This document shows, in pieces, positions 57,303-64,000 of a DNA stretch of 64,000 nucleotides; position 1 is the stretch's first letter; every line of letters starts with the position of its first letter. This DNA is from Chitinophaga pinensis (GTDB taxonomy: Bacteria; Bacteroidota; Bacteroidia; NS11-12g; UBA955), in assembly GCA_945877575.1 (NCBI GenBank), contig CAMDUE010000002.1, forward strand, positions 197,861 to 261,860, written 5' to 3'. The notes below the pieces were generated by a model. The model searched no databases, was not told where the DNA came from, and saw nothing but the letters and a program-made list of their open reading frames with translations. Position numbers and translations under genes: made by a program.

Positions 57303-59984
57303 ATGTTCGGGAAGTTTCTCATTATAAAACGATTAGCAGGGCTCATTTGGGCCTTGTCGTTTTTTAGTTTGAAGTCTTCTGTAAATTTCACAAGTCAAAA
57401 CATCCCCATTGAAAATGGGCTAAAAAAGAAAGTCACTTGGTCTTACAAGGGAAATGATTTCAAAACAGTTTTGAGTTTCTTTGAGAAGGAATCAGGGTAT
57501 TTTTTTCAATATGACCCTGGGTTAATTCCCTCTAAAAAGCAGTTCAACATTGAATATAAACAGGCTGTTTTGGGAGTGGTTTTGAGGGATTTTCTGCAAC
57601 AAAATGCCTTAGATTTTCAATTGGTTGGGAGTAAAAGTTTGGTTTTAAAAGCCTATCGAGAAAAAGTAAATGAGTTGATCATTAGTGGCCGCGTGTCACA
57701 AAAGTTTACGGGAGAACGAATTGTTCAAGCGTCTGTTTTTGTTCAGGGTGAGCCCACGGTTTATTATTCGAATTCGCAGGGTGTTTTTCAAGTCAGAACA
57801 AAACAGTCTTCTGCAATATTGGCCGTTACTTATCCAGGTTTTTTGCCCTTTTTTGATACATTAGATGGTTTGGGACGAACCTTTTATTTAGACGTTGTAT
57901 TAGAGCCCGAAGTTCAGCGCATGTCCGAAGCCAACGTGGCAGTTAAAATACAAACGGAGTTGCCGAGTACCATCAATGGTCAAACCGACAAGATCAATGT
58001 TACGGGAAAGCAATTGGGCAATTTTTCACATCTGTTGGGAGAACCCGATATTTTGAGGGTCTTTTCAACCAATCCGGGTGTTGTAGCTGGCAGTGAAGGT
58101 GTTTTTGGAATGTATGTTCGGGGTGGTGCATCAGATCAAAATTTGATTTTGTTGGATGATGTTCCCATCTATAATGCCTATCATATGTATGGGGTGTTTG
58201 GTGTTTTTAATGGCGATGTTGTGAAGAATGCTTCTTTTTATCGGGGATATTTTCCAGCGAATCAAGGGGGTAGATTAAGTTCAGTGGTGGAGGTTTTTAC
58301 AAGAGAAGGAAATGAGAAGAAGATAGAGGGTAGTTTAAGTGTGGGTCTACTTTCAAGTAGATTGTATTTTGGAGGGCCCTTATTTTCTAAACGAACCACT
58401 TTCTCTTTTGCAGCAAGGAGAAGTTTTTTTGATTTTCTGGTAGATCCTGTGGTTTCAGCTTTTCAATTGGATGGACAAGATTTGGTAAATCGTTATAATT
58501 TTTGGGATATCAATGCCAAGATTACTCATCGATTCAATAACAAAAGCAGGTTGAGTTTGTCAGCATATTCTGGTAAAGATAGAGCAGGATTGGTAGACAA
58601 TAAGAGTTTTGTATTGGATGAAAACGCTTATTATCAAAGGTCAGAAGACTTTTCGCGATGGGGAAATTCAGCGTATAGTATTCGGTGGGATTTGGTTACA
58701 TCACCCACATCGAATTTAATGTTCAAAGCGTATTATACCAATTACAACTACAGCCACAACCGGTCTTTTTTAAATGCTTTTTCTAGCGACGATGAACAGA
58801 AAATAACCGAAAGATCTCAATATGTGGTTTCAAATGGTATCAACGATTTAGAGGCATCTCTGCATTTTCAGAAACAGTGGAAGAACAAGATTAGGTGGGA
58901 AATAGGTTCTGGTTTTATTTATCATCAATTCCAACCCAATAAACGAAGTTTGAGTAGTTTCATTGATAGCGTTCAAACTAAAATTACCTTTGCTGATGAT
59001 GCTGCTAGAACACCCGAAATCTTTGGATATACCAATGTTCAAATCAATAGAGGGAAATGGGGTATTTATGATTTTGGTTTAAGAGGTGGATATTATAGTC
59101 TTGGAGAGGGGCAGTTTTATTTATTGCCTGAACCCAGATTTCAAGCTCGTTGGAATCCTTGGAAGCCTATTTGGATTAAACTTACAGCCGCGAGAAATAG
59201 ACAGTTTTTTCATCAGTTGAATAACCTAACTATGGGATTACCCTCTGATTTGTGGGTTCCTTCAACGGCTAATTTTAAGCCCGCTCAATCTAGATTATTA
59301 TCTGCAGGGACCTCAATTACCTTGTCAAAAAGTTGGAAATTAAATTCAGAGGTGTTTTACAGGCAGTTTTTTGACATACTTGAATACAAAGACAATGCGG
59401 TTTATGTAACCTCTAATTTGAATTGGGAGAACAGCGTTGTTTCTGGCACTGGCAGAGCAAGAGGAGTTGAAGTTTGGCTAGAAAAATCCAAAGGAAGACT
59501 TACCGGCTGGGCATCATACACCTACATGAATAATGACAGACTTTTCCAAGATTTAAATCAGGGAAAGGAGTTTTCCGCCCGTTACGATAGGCGCCACAGC
59601 GTATACATCACGGCCATGTATCAATTGAACAAACACTGGAATGTTTCGGGAAATTGGGTCTATAATTCAGGATTTGCATACACCCTGCCGGTAGGATATT
59701 ATCCTTCTCCATCTGGTTCTTTAGATCCGCGCAGAGACATTTATATTTATGGTTCTAGGAACAACGCCCGAACCAGAGATAATCACCGTTTAGATTTTTC
59801 AGTGATGAAAACAGTGATGCATCAAAATAGAGTTTCTTCATGGACCTTCGGGGTTTATAACATGTACAATCGGTTAAATCCATTTTACATGAATCTTGGC
59901 TTGAACGAAAAGGGCGGCCGTTCGTTATATCAAGTAAGTTTGTTGCCTTTTATGCCCTTTGTTAGTTATAAAATTGGATTTTGA
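57303..59984 (+). CDS. TonB-dependent receptor (STN + CarboxypepD_reg + plug + barrel)
   Basis: LGEPD, PGV, VRGG..DQNLILLD..PIYN, GGRLSSV, EPR, YDRRH, HRLD, YN.YNR.NP. Confidence 0.9.
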   Translation: MFGKFLIIKRLAGLIWALSFFSLKSSVNFTSQNIPIENGLKKKVTWSYKGNDFKTVLSFFEKESGYFFQYDPGLIPSKKQFNIEYKQAVLGVVLRDFLQQNALDFQLVGSKSLVLKAYREKVNELIISGRVSQKFTGERIVQASVFVQGEPTVYYSNSQGVFQVRTKQSSAILAVTYPGFLPFFDTLDGLGRTFYLDVVLEPEVQRMSEANVAVKIQTELPSTINGQTDKINVTGKQLGNFSHLLGEPDILRVFSTNPGVVAGSEGVFGMYVRGGASDQNLILLDDVPIYNAYHMYGVFGVFNGDVVKNASFYRGYFPANQGGRLSSVVEVFTREGNEKKIEGSLSVGLLSSRLYFGGPLFSKRTTFSFAARRSFFDFLVDPVVSAFQLDGQDLVNRYNFWDINAKITHRFNNKSRLSLSAYSGKDRAGLVDNKSFVLDENAYYQRSEDFSRWGNSAYSIRWDLVTSPTSNLMFKAYYTNYNYSHNRSFLNAFSSDDEQKITERSQYVVSNGINDLEASLHFQKQWKNKIRWEIGSGFIYHQFQPNKRSLSSFIDSVQTKITFADDAARTPEIFGYTNVQINRGKWGIYDFGLRGGYYSLGEGQFYLLPEPRFQARWNPWKPIWIKLTAARNRQFFHQLNNLTMGLPSDLWVPSTANFKPAQSRLLSAGTSITLSKSWKLNSEVFYRQFFDILEYKDNAVYVTSNLNWENSVVSGTGRARGVEVWLEKSKGRLTGWASYTYMNNDRLFQDLNQGKEFSARYDRRHSVYITAMYQLNKHWNVSGNWVYNSGFAYTLPVGYYPSPSGSLDPRRDIYIYGSRNNARTRDNHRLDFSVMKTVMHQNRVSSWTFGVYNMYNRLNPFYMNLGLNEKGGRSLYQVSLLPFMPFVSYKIGF

Positions 59985-60892
59985 TGAGAGGTTTATTTTT
60001 TCGGGGGATGTTTTTAGCTGCGCTTCTTGGAGGATTCTCTTCTTGTGTAAAGGAGGTTGAGTTAGATACCCGAGATCAAACACCAGATTTGATGGTGTTT
60101 CATGGATATTGGCATTCAGACTCGCTCATCAGAGTGGAATTGGGTAAGGTAGCGCCCATTACGTCCTCAGGAATCAAAGTCAATGATGCCGAAATTTTTA
60201 TTAAAATCAACGACGTACTCACAGGCAAGATGCTTGCTTTGGGCAACGGCGAGTATGAACTTCCTAATGTGAAAATCAGGCCCAATGATTTGGTTAATTT
60301 AAATTTTAAATATGCTTCTATAGATGTAAATAAGACCTTGAAAGTTCCATCGAATGTAGTTATCAAGAAAATAGATACATTTCAAACAGTGGTAGGTTTT
60401 ATTGGAAAGACACCCACATTCAAGATTCATTTTAAAGACAGCGCCTACAATAAAAATGCGTATGTCTTAAATTTATGGGAAAAGCGGAGGTTTTATGAGC
60501 GAAACTCTCAAGGTAAAGTAGTTGATAGCACGGATAAAGAGTACAAGGTGGCAATTGAAGGCAACGAATTGCCTTTTTTGAGAAATAGATTTAATGAATA
60601 TACTACCAAAGAAATTTTATTTGACGATTTGGTATTTAACGGTTTGGAAAATGCCTTTGAGTTTTATATGAGCGCCCCTGATTTGAATGTTTCGGGAAAA
60701 TTATTGGAGCGTCGTGTAGTTTTAGAGAACATTGATAGGGAATTGTATGATTTTTGGAATTTGCGCAATGCTCATCTTTGGCAGCAAAATTCCATCACTC
60801 AAACACCAACAGTGGTAAAAGGTAACTTGGGTAATTGTTTGGGTGTCTGGGGATTGTTAAATTCAGATCAATGGATCATTAAATATCAGTAG
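59981..60892 (+). CDS. DUF4249 lipoprotein
   Basis: Lipobox FSSC-VKE; F.D....N.Y, P..V.GN..N.LG.WG; paired with the TBDR. Confidence 0.8.
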   Translation: MMRGLFFRGMFLAALLGGFSSCVKEVELDTRDQTPDLMVFHGYWHSDSLIRVELGKVAPITSSGIKVNDAEIFIKINDVLTGKMLALGNGEYELPNVKIRPNDLVNLNFKYASIDVNKTLKVPSNVVIKKIDTFQTVVGFIGKTPTFKIHFKDSAYNKNAYVLNLWEKRRFYERNSQGKVVDSTDKEYKVAIEGNELPFLRNRFNEYTTKEILFDDLVFNGLENAFEFYMSAPDLNVSGKLLERRVVLENIDRELYDFWNLRNAHLWQQNSITQTPTVVKGNLGNCLGVWGLLNSDQWIIKYQ

Positions 60893-62184
60893 ATTTTCAT
60901 TTCTACTTCTTCAATTCGAGCACCTTTCATTTTTTTAATGACAAATTCAAAGTTTTCATGTCGAATAGAATCACCTACTTGAGGAATGCGCTCTGCAAAA
61001 AAGATGATATATCCTCCTAAGGTATTGTATTCACCTTCTGAAAGATTGAGTTCGTATTTTTCGTTTAGATAATCAATTTCTAAGCGGGCATCGAATCGGT
61101 AGTGTTGATCACCCAATTTTTGTTCTTGGGCATCTTCGGTGTCAAACTCATCTTTGATTTCACCAAAGATTTCTTCAACCACATCTTCTACCGTAGCAAT
61201 TCCGGCGGTACCTCCAAATTCATCTACAATAACAGCCATACTTTTTCGCTCTTTGATGAATCGTTTTAGGAGATCGTGAGCATCTAAGTTTTCACTAACA
61301 ATAATAACGGGGTGCAGAACTTCGTGTAGTTTTTCAGGCTGTTGGAACAGGTCACTGTGATGTATAAAACCAATGATATTGTCAATGTTTTCTTTGTAGA
61401 CTAATATTCTAGATAAGGATGTTTCAATGAATTTTGCTTTCAGTACGTCTAGAGAGGTATTGATTTCAATAGCAATAATCTCTGTGCGTGGAACCATCAA
61501 GTCTTTAGATAAGACGTCTGAAAAGTCTAATGCATTTCTGAACGCTTCGGTATCTATTTCTTGGGTTTCTGAGTTTAGGGCATTTTCAATGCTCGATATG
61601 TAATTGTCTAAGTCTATTTTAGAAAATACTTGGGTGTGTTCATCGATGCTGTCTTTTGCAATTATCTTGATGAATAGTGCCGAAATCCATTTGATGAAGG
61701 CAATGAGTGGCCACAACAAAATATTAGCCAGTCTGAAAGGAAGGATCAGGGCAAAAATGAGGGAGTCAGCTTGTAATTTAAAAATGGTTTTGGGAATGTA
61801 CTCGGCAGTAATTAAAACCACTAAAGTACTGATGATGGTTGTAGCTAAGAAGTTAAAAAGGGTAGAATCTGATATTTTATTGAGGTAGTAATTCAAAATA
61901 TCACCAATGGCAATACCATAAATTACCAAGGCTAAATTTATAGCAACTAAAACAGTGCTGATGAATTCGTTTGGGTCTTTTATGTAGCGCCCCAACCATT
62001 TCCCTCCAAAAACACCTTTTTTGGTTTTTAATTCAATTCTCAGCTTATTAGCGGAGATGAATGCGATTTCCATTCCTGAGAAAAAACCAATGGTAATTAA
62101 ACAACCCAAGACAACAAGCCAACTTCCTGCGTTAGGAATATTAATGGTTTGTGCCTGTAAAAGTACCGAGAGGGGGTCTGCCAT
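60886..62184 (-). CDS. HlyC/CorC (CNNM + CBS) family protein
   Basis: FFSGMEIAFIS, AEYIPK, MVPRTEI, SRILVY, VDEFGGTAG..T.ED..EEIFGEI.DE.D. Confidence 0.92.
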   Translation of the reverse strand: MADPLSVLLQAQTINIPNAGSWLVVLGCLITIGFFSGMEIAFISANKLRIELKTKKGVFGGKWLGRYIKDPNEFISTVLVAINLALVIYGIAIGDILNYYLNKISDSTLFNFLATTIISTLVVLITAEYIPKTIFKLQADSLIFALILPFRLANILLWPLIAFIKWISALFIKIIAKDSIDEHTQVFSKIDLDNYISSIENALNSETQEIDTEAFRNALDFSDVLSKDLMVPRTEIIAIEINTSLDVLKAKFIETSLSRILVYKENIDNIIGFIHHSDLFQQPEKLHEVLHPVIIVSENLDAHDLLKRFIKERKSMAVIVDEFGGTAGIATVEDVVEEIFGEIKDEFDTEDAQEQKLGDQHYRFDARLEIDYLNEKYELNLSEGEYNTLGGYIIFFAERIPQVGDSIRHENFEFVIKKMKGARIEEVEMKIY

Positions 62185-62231
62185 ATTTATTCGAAGATAC
62201 GAATTTACGGCACATAGCCTAATTTTGCAGC

Positions 62232-63392
62232 ATGAATTTGCCGAAATCAGTGGGTATTATAGGAGGTGGTCAATTAGGAATGATGCTTTTAGAGGCTGCA
62301 AAATCCTCTGAAAACCAAGTGAAATATACCATTCTCGAAAGTTCTGTTGATTGCCCAGCAGCGCCTCTTGCCGATGAAGTAATTGTAGGTTCATTGAAGA
62401 ATGAAACTGATATTCAGAGGTTAGCAGCGGTAAGCGAGGTATTGACTTGGGAGATTGAGCACATTGCAGTAGATGCTCTGATTAAATTACAAAAACTAGG
62501 TAAAGTGATTGTTCCTAAGCCAGAGGTTCTGAAAATCATACAAGACAAAGGCATTCAAAAGCAGTTTTTTAGTAAAAATGAAATTCCAACGGCACCGTTT
62601 TTATTGCTAAATGCTTCCGAAATACAGGAAAATACCTTCAGTAATGACGTGGTTGGAGGTGAAAAATTAGTGATTAAGACCAGAACCGGTGGTTATGACG
62701 GTAAAGGTGTTTTTATTGCATCTCGTGAAGATATTTCTGCCGGAAGTATGCCATTCACCGGCAATTTATTGGTTGAGAAGTTTGCTCTTGATGCTTTAGA
62801 AGTAGCAGTGATTGTAGCTATTGACCAATTGGGCAATCAAACGACCTTTCCGGCAATTGAAATGTATTTTAACCCAGTCAGTAATTTGGTTGAATTTTTG
62901 TTTTCACCCGCTCAAATATCCCAGGAAATAGAAAAAAGAGCTCGCGAAATTGCCTTGAAAGCGGTTAGCGCGTTGAATTCAGCTGGACTTTTTGCAGTGG
63001 AGTTGTTTATCTTGCCTAACGGCGATGTTTGGGTCAATGAAATTGCGCCGAGGCCCCACAACAGCGGACATCATACCATTGAGGGTTGCAAAACCAGTCA
63101 GTTTGCCCAGTTGAATCGCATATTATTGGGACAAACTTTGGGAGATACTGCGCTTGTTCAGCCATCGGCAATGATCAACTTGGTGGGACCTGAGGGTGTT
63201 TCTGGGAATTACCAATTGGAAAACGAAGCACATTGGAACAGCCAAACCGATGTTTTTGTGCATATGTACAACAAGCTGGAGACTCGCCCACACAGAAAAT
63301 TGGGTCACGTAACGGTGACGGCTGATACGTTTGAGGAATTGATAACTAGAGCAACAGAGGTAAAAAATCAATTGCGGATTATACCGTCATGA
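62232..63392 (+). CDS. purK: 5-(carboxyamino)imidazole ribonucleotide synthase
   Basis: GIIGGGQLGMM, GGYDGKG, NEIAPRPHNSGH, RKLGHVT. Confidence 0.95.
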   Translation: MNLPKSVGIIGGGQLGMMLLEAAKSSENQVKYTILESSVDCPAAPLADEVIVGSLKNETDIQRLAAVSEVLTWEIEHIAVDALIKLQKLGKVIVPKPEVLKIIQDKGIQKQFFSKNEIPTAPFLLLNASEIQENTFSNDVVGGEKLVIKTRTGGYDGKGVFIASREDISAGSMPFTGNLLVEKFALDALEVAVIVAIDQLGNQTTFPAIEMYFNPVSNLVEFLFSPAQISQEIEKRAREIALKAVSALNSAGLFAVELFILPNGDVWVNEIAPRPHNSGHHTIEGCKTSQFAQLNRILLGQTLGDTALVQPSAMINLVGPEGVSGNYQLENEAHWNSQTDVFVHMYNKLETRPHRKLGHVTVTADTFEELITRATEVKNQLRIIPS

Positions 63393-63939
63393 TTTCTTTT
63401 TCTTTGTCAACAAAAAGCTCTTCTGTTTTGGCAATGAATGAATCAACGAGTTTTTGAACGCGGTCTTCACCGGCAGCCATTTCGTCTTCGCTTACACCAT
63501 CGGCTTTAAGTTTGCGAATTTTTTCGTTGGCGTCTTTTCGCAAATTGCGGATACCTACTTTTGAGCTTTCAGATTCAGCTTTAGCGCGTTTCACCAATTC
63601 TTTTCTTCTTTCTTCGGTAATTGGAGGAAGGTTAATTCTGATGTATTCACCGTCGTTTTGGGGTGCAAAACCTAAGTTGCTGTTGATGATTGCTTTTTCA
63701 ATGGCATTTATCAGTGATTTGTCCCAAGGTTGAATATTGATAGAGCGAGCATCTGGGGTGTTGACGTTGGCAACCTGCCCAATGGGGGTGCTTGCACCAT
63801 AGTATTCCACGAAAACACCGTCAAGCATATCAGGAGAGGACTTACCTGCTCTGATACGTTTGAACTCAATTTTGGTGTGATCAAGATTTTTTTCGAGGTT
63901 TTCTTTTAGTTGTTCAATTACGGCGTTAACACTGCTCAT
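63379..63939 (-). CDS. frr: Ribosome recycling factor
   Basis: IRAGK, EYYG..TPI.QVA, IQPWD, IEKAI, PPITEERRKEL, IRN.R. Confidence 0.97.
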   Translation of the reverse strand: MSSVNAVIEQLKENLEKNLDHTKIEFKRIRAGKSSPDMLDGVFVEYYGASTPIGQVANVNTPDARSINIQPWDKSLINAIEKAIINSNLGFAPQNDGEYIRINLPPITEERRKELVKRAKAESESSKVGIRNLRKDANEKIRKLKADGVSEDEMAAGEDRVQKLVDSFIAKTEELFVDKEKEIMTV

Positions 63940-64000
63940 GGTTGCAAAAATAATAATTCTATGAATATTTAATAGGCGCGTTCAGATCTTCCTTCGTAAA

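Noticed and set aside
60886..62184. Calling this gene gldE
   Set aside because: The FFSGMEIAFISANK motif fits the general HlyC/CorC paralogue and no gldD is adjacent; cannot be distinguished without a search

Overview
A 64-kb chromosomal window from a Bacteroidota bacterium. The assignment rests on TAnnTTTG promoters, gldH, a T9SS cargo protein, an S46 peptidase and a TonB receptor/DUF4249 pair. 1-18.4 kb is the distal part of a surface-polysaccharide locus: GT4/GT2 enzymes, a Wzy/O-antigen ligase-like protein, a CapK-like ligase, an acyltransferase and the WbpL/WbpV/WbpM-type initiation genes. It is interrupted by an antisense asnB-type amidotransferase cassette bounded by a diverged 39-bp direct repeat, and by an AAA_14/DUF4143 ATPase with 23-bp upstream repeats. 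18.4-25.1 kb is an AT-rich block holding a GT-C-like membrane protein, a deacetylase, a GNAT, a polyprenol-P GT2 and DUF1800/DUF1501. 25-31 kb has a ligase-associated exonuclease, a DPP7-like S46 peptidase, a DUF1778/GNAT toxin-antitoxin pair and an ATP-dependent DNA ligase. The rest is mostly core genes (wecB, pheT, coaX, lptC, lpxK, gldH, comM-like, rsmD, coaD, pyrE, purK, frr). It also holds an HTH regulator divergent from a 1397-aa T9SS hydrolase and an M1 peptidase fused to an Omp85-like barrel. The most striking unexplained structure is a family of 7-bp tandem repeats (TACCNNN-type). They occur between genes and have invaded three enzymes in frame, always in the stop-free orientation. 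Also notable: many genes look leaderless, and a TTGCG-W5-YGCAA palindrome pair recurs at two divergent promoters. No rRNA, tRNA, CRISPR array, integrase or transposase was recognised. All family calls come from motif recognition by eye, not from database searches.
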